A stretch of DNA of 64,000 nucleotides from Botryllus schlosseri. Taxonomy: Eukaryota. Below the pieces are notes generated by a model. That model did no database searches and was not told where the DNA came from. It saw only the letters and a list, made by a program, of their open reading frames with translations. Within the stretch, counting starts at the first letter, position 1; the number at the start of each line of letters is the position of its first letter. The stretch spans positions 34,536,001-34,600,000 of the forward strand of contig CM119372.1 in NCBI GenBank assembly GCA_051294905.1, read 5' to 3'. Below, piece after piece: positions 38,205 to 51,600 of the stretch. The position numbers were made by a program, and so were the translations under genes.

Positions 38205-38587
38205 TAGTGCGGTGCGGATCGACAAATTTTCTGGTCCGACTCCGATCCGGTTTTCCAATTATCTTTGTCCGACTTCGGCCAAAAATGAAAAAAATCCGGC
38301 CGGATATCCGGCCCAACACGGTTGGTGGTTCCGTGAATTTATAAATATTGCTCGATTATTGTGGCACTGGCTTGGTGGTTACTTGCGTGTGGTTGATTGG
38401 TTGGAAGTTACTTAGTTACAAACGTCAGGCTTATCCATAACGATTCTGGCCTTATCAAAAAAGTACTGATCCGGCACCGATCCGGCTCCGGCCGTATCAG
38501 AAGAAGTACTGATCCGGCTCCGATCCGGTCCGGCCAAAATTGAAAATATCCGGCCGGATATCCGACTCCGGTCAATGCTCCGCACTA
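38205..38587. mobile_element. hAT MITE with TCCGG/CCGGA repeats
   Basis: tagtgcgg...ccgcacta; TSD ctatacat/ctaaacat; related inverted fragment at ~56835-56915. Confidence 0.8.
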
Positions 38588-38599
38588 CTAAACATAGGC

Positions 38600-39353
38600 T
38601 GACATGGTGTTGTGCTTCACGTACCGTAATATCGTAACTGATTTTGCGGCAACTGTAGGTACGGTGCAGCTATTGCTTCGGTTTTGCTACTCGAAATGCC
38701 GAAATTGTCAAGTAAACACAATAAAAAAGTTGTCAGAAAGGAGAAACACGGTGTGTCACCGGCAGTGTACGCACAACTTCAGTATTGCCAGCTAACAACT
38801 ACTGCTGTTAACATTCTTTCTCCATTCTTGGCAAGCTACTTAGCTGAAGCAAGACAGCTTGGGCATTGGTTTTTATATCAAGAAAGTAGAATGAAGCAAC
38901 ACGGTATGTCAGCAGCAGTGCACGCACAACTTTTGTGTTGCCAGCCAACAATTGCTGCAGTTGAACGTTCTTCTTCATTCTGGGGAAGCTATAATTAGTA
39001 AGAACAAACACTTTCTACCCGAGAAGGCTGGAAAGCTAATTTCGTCGTACTGCAACAAATTTCATTATTTGTATCACAATGCGTGATGTAACTACTAGAA
39101 TTCTCGATACGTCCGAATTTCGTTCAAATAAAGTTTTGTCCTGTAAAAATTTGTCAGTTTTTAAGTCAAAAAGTTTTTTCAGGCCAAACCACTTCGTAAG
39201 GAGAGACAGTTCCAACCGGAAATGAAGATAAGTAGTAGGCCTAGGCTACAATTCTAATATTATGTGCGAAAACACCTGATTTACATACATGAGGTCAAAA
39301 TTTTGATTTTTTAGGTCAAAATCTTCCGGTTTTTAGCTAAAAAAATCGCTCTA
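38600..39353 (+). mobile_element. Family D fragment with tandem duplication of the transposase C-terminal remnant
   Basis: Two copies of the ...cacgg...cacaactt...ttcttggcaagcta segment (CQPTIAAVERS); ends aaaaaaatcgctcta. Confidence 0.75.
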
Positions 39354-39542
39354 ATGATGAGGTATTACAAATTTGTGGACATGTGACTGTTGACAAGTCA
39401 CATTGCGCGAATGTTAATATCAGATCAAATTTATAGCTCAGTGCTCATGACTGATAGTCTTGATCATCATAGAATGCAATTGATATGTGTATTTTCCTTG
39501 TTGTCACATACGCTAGCTAATAAGTTCCACGCTACCAATACT

Positions 39543-39618
39543 ATGGCAGAAGGAGTTCAAGATCACATCTCTAGTGTCGCTGATGACATGCTTACAACAT
39601 TATCACCTGGTACAAGCA
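39543..39618 (+). CDS. Putative first coding exon of the NLR gene (MAEGVQDHISSVADDMLTTLSPGTS)
   Basis: ATG in context actATGG; strong donor CA|GTAAGT; phase 1 matches the next acceptor. Confidence 0.5.
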
Positions 39619-42600
39619 GTAAGTAATGTATGTGGTATTTGAGCGCAGACTGCCTAAATTCATGATGGTATTATCCATATTAACAGGTATAAAATTACAT
39701 TTAAATAAAGCACTTTTCGCTCCTTGTGTAAATAAGATACCGAAAGATATCGAGCAATTAATAGAATCCATAGTATTTCAAGAACTGGCCCCCAGTAACA
39801 TAATCAAGCGTTTCTCAGGATCCGCAATTTTGGCTGAAGGGGAAAATGTTCATCTAAAGTTGGCGGCAGCGGTCCCCATTAACGTCGTGGCTGGATCCAC
39901 AATTTTCGCTGAAGGGGAAAATGTTCATCAAAAGTTTGCAGCGGGCCCCATTAACGTCGTGGCTGGAGAACCGTTACGCAGGGAGAAGCTCGTTTACAAC
40001 ATCATAAATAATACAAGTATAGAAAGTCCTGCAAAACAAGGTGGGTGACACGCTTTTATATTCAATACGATGTCCCAATTGGGGATTGTGACCTATTGGA
40101 AGGTAGGCTACGATACAATACGAGACAGAACACATAATCAAGGCTCAGCTAGTAATAATAATTTTGATAGTGTGGTGAGGCATTGATCTGTTGATACATA
40201 TATTGAGCGCAATGAAACCCACCAGCGTAGTCGAGATGACCGTGGGAATGATGTATCTGCTTTTTAGTCAAGTAGGCCTGCCGGTTGCTGCCCGGTCGGT
40301 GTCGGATGATCGTCGCATACCGCCCAGCGATTGGTCATGATCAGACCGACAACATTTCTGTTACGCACAATTTTAATGACGCCATGTTCACTGTTACAGC
40401 GAGAGACAAAATTTCTTTCATTTAAAAAGGTTGAAAATATTATTTCAACAATTATTTCATTGAGCATTCCCCAATTATATAAATCAATGAGTGATCCGCA
40501 ATCCTGTTCTAAAATAGATCGAATAGCATCATTTACCAATATTCGTAAGATTATTACCAGTGAGCTTTTAAATGCATAGACTGATTGATTGAGCTATTCC
40601 TGCTTAAATCACTCTAACATGTAACCTATAAATGACAATAGATGCATATAAACATATAAAATGATGACATCAAATATCCTCATGCACAATTAGTAATATA
40701 CCAACATGTAATAGAATCAGAGGATATCGAAGACGTAGGATGCGGCCAATGATATATATACAATGATTGGAAACTCCATTGAGCTTTGCGTTTGAGCGCG
40801 TCGCGAGTCATGCTTCACCAGCGGAATCGAATCGACGTAAACAAACGGTTCGTCAGCAATCTTTCTTCAGGAACTGGCGTTAACGTAGTGAAAAGTTTTT
40901 TATCGAGACCTCTGTTGAGGATGAAATATGTGCATACTAGGGTTGTCCATAATTTGGAAAATCTCAAAATTTATGCGTATCCATGTCTCATTTTATAGAT
41001 TATAGATAAAAAACGTCAATGAACCTGCAATAAGCTCACAGGAAAGTCGTTAACATTTGTCTAAATGCGTTTGTAAGTAGCTGCCGTAGAGTGGGCGTGT
41101 CAGCGACCGTAGAGCGGCAAGCAGACTGGTAATCACGAAATCACGGCGCTTGATTGGCTAATCTGCTATGATCACGACGGTGGCGGCTTGGTGATCAGCT
41201 GGTCAAGGAGTCGGCTAACGGCGGTGATTCTGTAAGCGCATTGTAGATTGGTCCGCAGATAATGATTTAAGATTAATTCAGAACATGTTGAGTGACGAAA
41301 TACATGATGAACAAAGAACAGCTGCTTCACAAAAACTTTAAATACATGACTTGATGGCTTATTGTGAAGGCAACCGTTGTGGCCTGTATGCCTTGTTTTC
41401 ATCGAGGGAAGCACAAAAACACGAGAATAAATATTGCAACGGCGCTTATGCAAGTGGCAAATGAACTTCTAGTTTCAGACGGGATGTTCCATGATTGAAT
41501 ACAAATATAAAACTTGACATTGACAGTTGACACTACTGTGTCTGATCTTATCTTGTCGTAGTAGCCTATATAGTAGAAGTCTTAAAAGCTGTACGGGCTG
41601 TATGAATCAGCTATTTATGTTTGGCACTTGTCACATTCTTGCAGCATAATGAATCATACCCGCGAGTGCTGTCTAAGTCCTCAATGATGCCCCGAAAAAA
41701 GGTCTAAAGGCAAGCATAGACTATGCAGGTAGGACCAGCAAACAGACCGTTCTCTTGCATTGTTTAGCATGTCCATAATGAATCTTAGATCATTACCGGC
41801 TGCATCACGACTAATGCTTGAATCAAACCAGACATGGACGTAAAAAAGAATGTATTGAAGCGGTGCGGTAGTTACATTTCTTTAGAGTCCCAATGTAAGC
41901 TACCTGGTCGACCTATATATCTTCTGACAGTGGCGGCTCGTCCTATAGGGCAACTGGGGCATTGCCCCACCTAAAATTCTGTTCAATAACAATTCTTTAC
42001 CATTTATAGACGCACACCTATCTATATAAACCGAAATCACAGCGAAAATCGTATACTTCTTGTCCTTTCGCTTGTAAATGCCTATATATAGCGAAGTCTA
42101 TGCGAAAATCAAATTCTCTTCTGTGTTTTCGCTTTGCGAATGCCTAGCCGGGGCTTGCCCCGGTAGCGCTCATAACAAGCTTTCACTGTCTATTCTCTCA
42201 AAACCGCGCATAATAAAGAAACGGTGATTTACTCTCTCCTATTCATAAAATTACCGAGCAACCCGGGCACGATAGCTCTGTGCCCTTAAGGTGTGATGTA
42301 ACAATCGTATCTATAGCTGAACTCTGTTACCGTCATATGCGTTTAGTCGACCTTTGTTGGTATAGGTCGATTTTAATGGGGTTTCACACCATGAAAACTC
42401 TTGAAACTTGTTATGTCATGTCGTGATGATGGTATTTAACACTGCCCCAAGTTTCAGGGTTTCTACTTAAAGTTTAGGGTAGTAATTCCGTTTCCGAAGT
42501 TGAGTGTGTGCTGATCCGTCATGTATCGCAAACAGATTTTACTCAAAAGCCGGCATTGGTATCCATTGGTTTTGACGGTGTTCAATACTGAGATCGGTTA

Positions 42601-45600
42601 TGACATTTGGCACGGTAAGTCTTAATGTTAGTATCGAACGCTGTACCAAGTTTTAAGTTTGTCACTGAACTGTGTTAGTGGTAATTTCGTTTCCTAATTC
42701 GAGTGAGAGCTGACTCGTCATTTATCGCTAACAGATTATACGCAAAGCCGGTATTGGTCTCTATTGATTTTAACGATGCTCCTTACCTAGATCCGTCATA
42801 AGCTTTTGCACGGTATGTCTTGATTTTAGTATCGAACGCTGTGCCAAGTCTCAAGGTTGACACTCAATGATTAGGGCAGTAATTTCGTTATCAAGGTCGA
42901 GTATGGTAAAGATGTGCTCCGATCTGACACTTTAGCCTATAACACATTGCGGATTTCACGCAAAAGCCGGTGTATCTGCGGTAACGTTAAGTGAGATGAT
43001 GATATCATTCTCAGTTCGCATTCAAATATTTACTTTGATCGTATATTCTCCAATGTCAATTTCACCGTGAAATTGTGGCCTTCAAGCCATTTGCGTACAA
43101 CCCCTCGTCACTTGATCAGCCTATTCCTCAGTAAATTTTACGCAAAATTCGGTGTTGGTCTGTTCGCATTAATTTTGACAGTGTACCATACCGAAAAGGG
43201 CCATGAGGCCACTTCTCGATAATGTCATGTAACAGTGTACCAAGTTTAAGGCTTTCATCCACGTATTTATTCGGTAATATATTTTTCAAAGGCGATTTCG
43301 CAGCAGACCTATAAGACAGTAATAAAAACGTATGTGTCGTGTTACAGTCTCCAGTTTCAAGGCCAAAATCTCTTATGCTGTACCGAGACCAAATTTCCGA
43401 GGCTGCTATTCTTAGTCCTTTACAATGATGTTTTGGATTCAATAGGACAGGCCCAATCTATGAGATAACAATTGCGTATCTGTCCGAATTCGTTGACCTT
43501 TCCAATTAGTCTTACGCTATCTCTCGAGTTATAGTCATTTCCATTTCTGCAGATAATTAGTCAGGTCTAATGCGAACATGAACCGTGTTGAATCTTTGTT
43601 CCGTACGCCGTTTACGCAGTTACCACACTTCAAGTCACAGCTCACCAGCGGACCTCTCGTGGCACATACGTTAAAATCACTGTTGCCGGGAAATTCATGT
43701 TACTTGTTTACGTTGGAAAACGCCATTGTGACGTCATCTTGATAAAAAGTCGCTTGCAGCCCTTGCCCCACCACCCGATATTGTCACGAGCCGCCACTGT
43801 CTTCTGAGCATACGGGATTGTGTCCAGAATCCATCTCACATCGTGTGCTGCACCAGTTTGGCGATAACTAATATACTTTACCTGCACTGCACCCAGAAAA
43901 GCAGGACCACTTGGCGTAATCTCAATCATATCAGATAGGTATTTCTGGGATATATAAGTTCACAAGCATTCGCTGTTTCACCTCTGTCATGCCTGAAGGA
44001 GGGTATTGTTGTTCTGAACCTATCGTTATCTAGTTTTAACACTAAAAATTCAATGACTAAGTGTCTCATTTTAGTATTTAATCACCAACGCACAATGCGC
44101 TTACAGAATGATCGTTGCCGTTGGCGTACTTCTTGAACTAGTAGAAGCACATAATCAGCAAACCGCCGTGGTCGTGATCATTGAAGCATAGCTGATTAAC
44201 CAATCAAGAGACGTGATTTCGTGATTACTAGTCTTCTCGCCTTTCTATGGTCGCTAACACGCCCATATGGCAGCCACTTTCAAACGCATTTAGACAAATG
44301 TTAACGACTTTCCTGTAAGCTTATTGCAGGTTCATTGATGTTTTTTATCAATAATCTACAGAATGAGACATGGATACGCATCTTTTTTGAGATTTTCCAA
44401 ATTTTGGACAACCCCAGTGCATACTGTACAGGTTTTGGCCACTACCGGTAGCATGGCCTAATATTCAGACGATACCGATGTACCAGTGTGACTACGTGAT
44501 GAACATTGTGATCGGAGGTGGTCTCGTAGTAGCAAATATCGGTGGATATTTCATATAGTACGAGGTAGAGTTGGGATCATGTCACTATCTTCGAGTCATT
44601 GCAAATTTTTAATCAAGTCAAGAAGTCATTTCTAAATTTTTCAAGTCAATTGAGGCAAGTTCTAAAACTGTCGCTGAAGTCAGGCCTTCTGAAGTCGTGA
44701 AAGTGGGCAAAACGTACTCGAGGACTTCGAAAAAAGCATCACGTAATTGAAGTAATAGCCTAATAGTCATTATTCCTTTGTTGCGGAGATTCAGCTTGTG
44801 ATTAGAATGCTCCTATATAAAATAGAATAAATCGGAATATTTTCGTTGATGCTTATCAGGAGTAATCGTCAGCAGCTTGTAGATACAGTATACAATTGGC
44901 TAACAGATGTATACAAAGTCTAGGCTAACTCATTTCTTCAAACTACTCGAGTACTTTTCAGACCGTTCATTTTCTGCTTCAACAAGTAGATTTCAATATC
45001 CAGTTGACTAACAAACGTCTGCAAAATCTGGTCTTAACATACTTTTTCAAACTACTTCATGAGTACAATTTACCATGATATGATGGTATATCTTATAAGT
45101 GTATGCGTGCGCAAGAGCGACCCCCAATAGGTAGAAAGTTCCTGCTACTGTCCATTTAGATAGACTTGTGCACAGCCAATCATATATAAATGATTGTTTA
45201 CAGGATATACTTTGCATAGCCATTTAATTGTCGTGTTGTCCATGTTCAGTTTGTCACTCTTACAATCATTGTTGACTTGCAAGATGGTGACTTCGAATAA
45301 TGGGACGGAATAGAGACTGTCCGACAATCCCCTTCACTCGACAGATTTCCGGACTTACACATCACCATCTATTCCTTCAACAGTCCAGTCGAGGTGATCA
45401 TGGAAGAAGTTGATCAAATATGAGCGTCATAACAATGCGTCACCGGATGGGTATTACAGAAGCAGGATTTTGAACAGCTTAAATACCTCACCTCTTTATG
45501 GACTCCTAAATGCGCTGATACTAGTCGTGACTAAATTTCAATGAGGATGCCAACACCATAATATCATTGAGAATTTTATACAGGCTATAGATATTTCATA

Positions 45601-48600
45601 TACTATAATACTTAAAAACTGCCTAAACAAATTTTGTTATTGTGTCAGACTTGTTGTCATCTAAATTCAGAATAACAAGAACCAAAATCCTAGTAAACGA
45701 AAAGCATGCAAGTCAAGTCAACATGTAGCAAAAAGGGATTTTCATGTATATGCAGATTACAATCTCAGATATAGCCTACCTATGTTTAAGCCATTCGATA
45801 AATGTACTGTATGCGTCTATTTTTGTTGCAATTTATGAAACTGTGCAGTGCTATTATGAACAATCGAATAACTGTGCCTAATAGTTGATAACGTCAATGT
45901 TTCTTCCATGTCACGTAATAAAAATATATATTCTCAAATGTTATTTTTTCGAGCTTTCTTATTCTCTCCTAATGAAAATAACAGGACTGCGGTTGGATGG
46001 TAGAGCAGCGATTTTACTATTTTACTATTATGCTATTTCGTGACCTCCTATATCTGCTATGTCAAAAGATATTGAAATCGCCCAAACTAAAAAGCACACA
46101 CGATTTCCAATTGGTATTGCTTTACTGGCAAATAATTTTTCCCTGTCGGGTTCAGATCGCCAGGACAGGAACATTCAGCGCCAGCCATTTAGCCGCCTAT
46201 GGACAATTAAACACATATGTATATTGTATATATATCGAAGTTTTCGGTCACCACAAGACCATTCCTTCTCGGCCAAGGTCTTCTCGCTGCTGATCGTTCT
46301 GGCACACTTCTCGGAGTTGCATGTTACATGACCTTGGTGCGTCGTGGCGCAGTCCCGCTCCCCACTACCCAGCACTTTTGTTATCACAGAGCAGTTATCT
46401 GCTGGTGTGACTACACAAGACACACAACCACACCAGTACGCAAGACAATCGCCTTTAACTGCAACATAAAACGTATTGTGAACCGATACCAGTAACGCTC
46501 AAAATTTCGCGAAAGCGTTATTATTTCACGTCAAACTAGTCGTGCTGGATGTGTCAGTGACGCCATGATTGACCGTCCAGAGTTAAAAATGATGTTTTGT
46601 GAACAACACGCAATATAATTTTCGATACATAGCCTACATTCCAGAGCAGTTAACTGGTAACGGTAATTGCGCATGTGTCTCCGTGAATATGTAGACTGTT
46701 CTGTATATAATTTTGAACAAACGCGTCTATTCCCCACCAGAAATCATTGAATTCCCCACCACTGGGGAATTCCCCACCGTTTGGGAACCACTGTTCTAGA
46801 CATTGTCTGCACACATTCAAATAAAACAAATAGGTTGACATGGTGTTATGCTCAGGGTACCGCAAAATCCTAACTGAAGCAAGACTTCGTGGGCATTGCA
46901 TGGTTCTTATATCAAGAAGCTCATTTAAAAAAATTGTGATGTAGACACCAGAATGAAGCAACACGGTGTGTCACCAGCATTGTACGCACTCACAACTTCA
47001 GTGTTGTCAGCCAACATCAGCCTCTGTTTAACGTTCTTTCTCCATTCTTTGCTAGCTAAAAAGTAAGGACAGACACGTTCTACCCGATAATGTAGGAAAG
47101 TATCTTTCGTTGTTGTTATTGTTGTTGTTGTTGTTGTCAGGACCGTAACCGCCGAAACCCAAAACCCCCAATTGACCGCCCTTATGTTGACCGAAAACTT
47201 CGTTATATATACAAAATACAAATAGGTTTAATTGTCCATGGGCGCCTAAATGACTGGCGCCGAATATCCCTGTCTTGGCAATCTGAAACTCGCAAGACAA
47301 ATACCATTCCGCAGGGAAAATTATATGCCAGTGAAGAAATACTCAATTTGAAATTGTGTGCATCTTTTACTTTAGTGGCTTACGTTTGGGCGATTCTATA
47401 TATTTTGATATAGCAGACAGGAGGTCACTCAATAACATCATGTTACGGAGTCATACCAAAGGGCCCTACAGTTTGCAAGATACCTCACTCAACTCTACGG
47501 GTAAATCTGATTACGTGAGCAGAGAGGACATGAAATTGATAGCAATAGATATGCAATTCCCTATCTTTTTGACAGATTTTATCATGATTTATCAAAAATT
47601 TTCTCGCCTCGCGCTGCCTCACTGCACAGTACGGCTAATTTCGTGGCAAAAGCGAACAACGTGATTGGGTGTAGGTTTATCACCCTATATGGTAGCCCAA
47701 GACCCAAGATTTTTGGGGGGACCTGACGAAGTGCTGTTTTGTTCCTGCCAACGGGTATACGCCCGATGGTGTTTAATTATTATTGAGGGGTCCTACCTTT
47801 TCAAACACACTTCACCTGTAAATCTGATTACGTGAGCAATGAGAGGATAAAAATTGATAGCAATATATATATGCAATTCCCGATCATATTGGCCGATTCA
47901 ATCACGAATTATAGAAATTTTCGCGCCTAGCGCGTCTAGACGAGAAAAGCTGGCACAGGCAAAGGCGCCCAATGTAGGTTCGATTCATCATCATGTGGGG
48001 GGGCCCGAGACCAACGTTTTTTGGGGGGCTGACGAAATGCTCTTACGGCCCTGGTTGTTGTAGTACAACAACAGATAATAATTATTTCTACCACAATACG
48101 TGTTGTAACTACTGGAATTCTTCATAGGGCCAGATTTCGTTAAAATCAATTTTTTCATGAAAGAATTTGTCAGTTTTTGAGTCAAAGTAGTTTTTTCAGG
48201 CCGAACTACTTCGTAAGGACAGACATTTCGAACCACAATTGGCGATAAGTAACACAATTCTAATATTATGTGGGAAATTACCTAATTTGCATATTTTAGG
48301 TCAAATTTGGTCAAAAATAAGTTTGTAAGGTCAAAATCTTCCGTTTATTAGATAAAAAAAATTGCCCCCTCATAACCTTTGGAATTATCGGCAATCTCCA
48401 TGTATGACAAAACATAATGTAACCTGTTGTGTATACAATTAAAAGACAAAACACAATGAAATATGTAGGACTATTTGTCCTTTCAAACATCATTTCACTG
48501 CAAAGGGGGTGTTTGACGTTACTGCACGTGTAAATCTATTCCTGGAAGAGTTTTGGAAAGGCACGGCATCTTATCTATTTCTTTCAACTTTCTGTGGTTT

Positions 48601-51600
48601 CCTATTGTATATCTTTTCATTTTTGTGATAATTTGCAGATGTATGGAGCGATGCCAATATAGTTTAGAAGTTCTAGGATATGAGGGAGCGATACAACGCC
48701 CCTTTGCAATTATAATTCGTACTCTATTTTCGTTACTTGATTCTCAACGTTAGTCACTCAATCTGTACTTCAGTCATCTTGTGAAATGAAATGTCATCCA
48801 ACGCTTTTTGACGTATAACAAAGTCTTTCATTACAATTCTTCTCAAATATCGTACCAAATTTGGTGTTATTCCACACAGCACGTCTTACTACTTGCTTTC
48901 ACGGATAGAGAGAGATAACTCCGGATTCGTATCTTTTGCATTACTATAACCTACGACAGCGTGGCACGTCACATTGTGAAATTTTAAGCGACTGGAAAAC
49001 ACCATAAACCCCGTTCGTCTGCGACATCTGCATTACAACTAAATCAGAAATTCCAATTGAAGCAGGCAAAAGGCAGAAATTAATACATGAAACGGTCCTC
49101 GGAGGTAATTGCACCAGGAGGATGAATACCAACTCGATGTCTCGTTACTTTCGACCCAAATGAATTGTCGATGTTAGAATGAACGTATCGAACATTTCAC
49201 ATGCACTCGGCGATCAGTGTCCTTATATGGTACTGTCAAATCTCTTGTGATCCTTCACTTTGGGTTCGCCTTTACCCTCATACATTTATAACATATACCG
49301 AAATATGTTCTATAAATATATGGTTGCAGCAATTTTAGCGAACAGACGAACAGTTAGCCTACTCGTAATCGAGCTTGCGATTGCTTTGTTTTTGGAAAGC
49401 ATTGAATTGTCGTTATTCCAAAGTTACCAGAGTTACATGCTACTTCGGTCCACTCTGCATTATAGGTGAAATAAGATAATTGACGCTGGCCATACAGCCT
49501 TGCGACAGAGTGACAAAATAGAGGAACATTGATATACATAACCATATATTAGCTGAAGGCCGGCGATGTGCGACATTTTGATGCATATCGAAGCCATGCC
49601 CCATGGATTCAAAAATTAGGCCGATTACTTTTGGAAAATGTATATACATGATGTCTGTAAGGATTATAAGCATTTTGTAAGTAGTAGGCTTCTAACTAAA
49701 TCGACACCCTATTAATTTTTCGCACTATTTCAGGATACACACAAAAACACGTATACCATAGTCCATCAGCAGTACCAGACAAAGTGAATATTCCCAAACT
49801 CATTGCTGTCGTTAACGAAAATACTTGGCGAGAAACAGAGAACGACATTCTTGACGACTTCATATACGAAGATCTCAACGGACCGACATTCGAAGTTTTC
49901 CCGCAGATGCGAAGAGTCAATACCGGAGACTATTACAAAGGCCGTTATATTCAGCTTACTGGGGAATGTGATTCCCACCTACAACGCGTCGGTAGCAATG
50001 AAATTATCACATTTGAAGATATGACGGCCTCAATGCTAAAGTGTTCGGAATTCTTCATCGCCATCGTGGCACCGATGGGGTTCGGGAAATCAACACTGAT
50101 GCGAAGAATAGCTCGGAAAGCTCATGCTACCATGTCCACAAAGAAAGCAGACAGAGACAAGCTATTTCAAACTAAAATGATACATTACATCGATATGAAT
50201 AGCCTACGCAACGACAGATTCGTAAAACCTTCGCAATTACTCTTCGGTGGCATATATAAAAGTAATACGGAGAGGGATCGTGTGTACGAATGGTTGGTAG
50301 AAAATCAACAAGAAGCCTTATTAATTTTCGATGGGCTGGATCAAGCAAACTTGGATTTACATGAGATCAAAGAACGGAAAATCGGAGAGTTTCAAAGTGC
50401 AAGCACGTCGACGATCATGTACAACATCCTATCGAGAAAAATACTTCACAATGTAAGGATCCTTGTATCTTCCCGCGAATTCGGAATTTCCGAGTTACCC
50501 GCAAAAGCTCGACCGCGAGATATCTACGTCGTCGCCGGCCTCACAGAACAGGATGCACAACGATTATTCGTTCATCTCATTGGTACCAAAGGGGCTGATG
50601 TTTGGAGAGATGTTAGTCTCATGTCTCCTGAATCGCTTCATTTAATGTCAATTCCACTTTTTCTCGTAGTAATTGCCGTTTTGATGGGAGGACATACCGA
50701 TAGATCACCAAATACAGCTACGGAGCTTTACTACGCGATCTTTTCAACACTCGTAGCGGTACGCAACGTTAGAAATCGTAATGACTTTATTACCATAATC
50801 AACAAATTGAAAGAAATGGCATATCAAGGCATGAGGGATGGGCGTAGTATGTTCAGCAAAGCGAATTTAGACAAATTCGACATATCCGAAGAAGAGGTGC
50901 ACGATTTACTGACGAAAGTCCCGGCCGAAAACATTTTCAGCTACCATTTGACGCATGAGAAGTTCACGTATTCATTCTATCAACGAGGCGTACAAGAATT
51001 TCTTGCAGCAAGTTTTGTGGCTGAAATGCAGTTCGTTGAATTCCGTCACTTCATTGACCACGATCAATCAGAACAACGCTGGCCGCTGGTTGACAGCTTT
51101 CTTGCGGGGGTTGTGTTCATGCAATCGCCATCCAAGCTGCACACAAGTAAGTCAAAAAATATTGGTTGTTGTTGTTTGTGGTATTCGTGGTGCTTTTCGG
51201 CTACTGTGGTCTACTATTATAAGACACCGCTTATGCGGATTAGATGGCGAGGAGAAGTGCACCTATGGGTCTTTTACTACTTCTAGGAAGACGAATACAA
51301 CACAAACATCAAGTCAACCAGATGCTCTGACGGAGTACTGGTTATCTCCCACTTATTTCTTTTCTTGGCAATGCCATCAATGCAAAACTCTACCGAATAA
51401 TATGTTGCCATCCTAAATAGTGCTTTGGTTGAGATGCACTGTCTTAAATTAACATTGACATGGTATTTATTGCATTTACAATGAGAATGTCCGGTAAAAT
51501 AATTTGCACATAATATTAGGTGACATATTTGACTAAGTCGTGTTGTCGAGAATCTAAATCAGTTTAGGGTTACCATTCCTCCTCTTTCAAGAGGATGTGT

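Larger units (their letters stand above)
40938..44416. mobile_element. Non-autonomous hAT element with ~320-bp TIRs in putative NLR intron 2
   Basis: tagggttgtcc...ggacaacccca; perfect TSD gtgcatac. Confidence 0.9.

Noticed and set aside
49339..49465. Additional NLR exon (ANRRTVSLLVIEL...)
   Set aside because: The only open reading ends in phase 2 and cannot join the phase 1 NACHT acceptor.
51147..51286. Hydrophobic Cys/Trp-rich C-terminus of the 500-aa ORF as a membrane anchor
   Set aside because: Lies after a strong GTAAGT donor; intron read-through.
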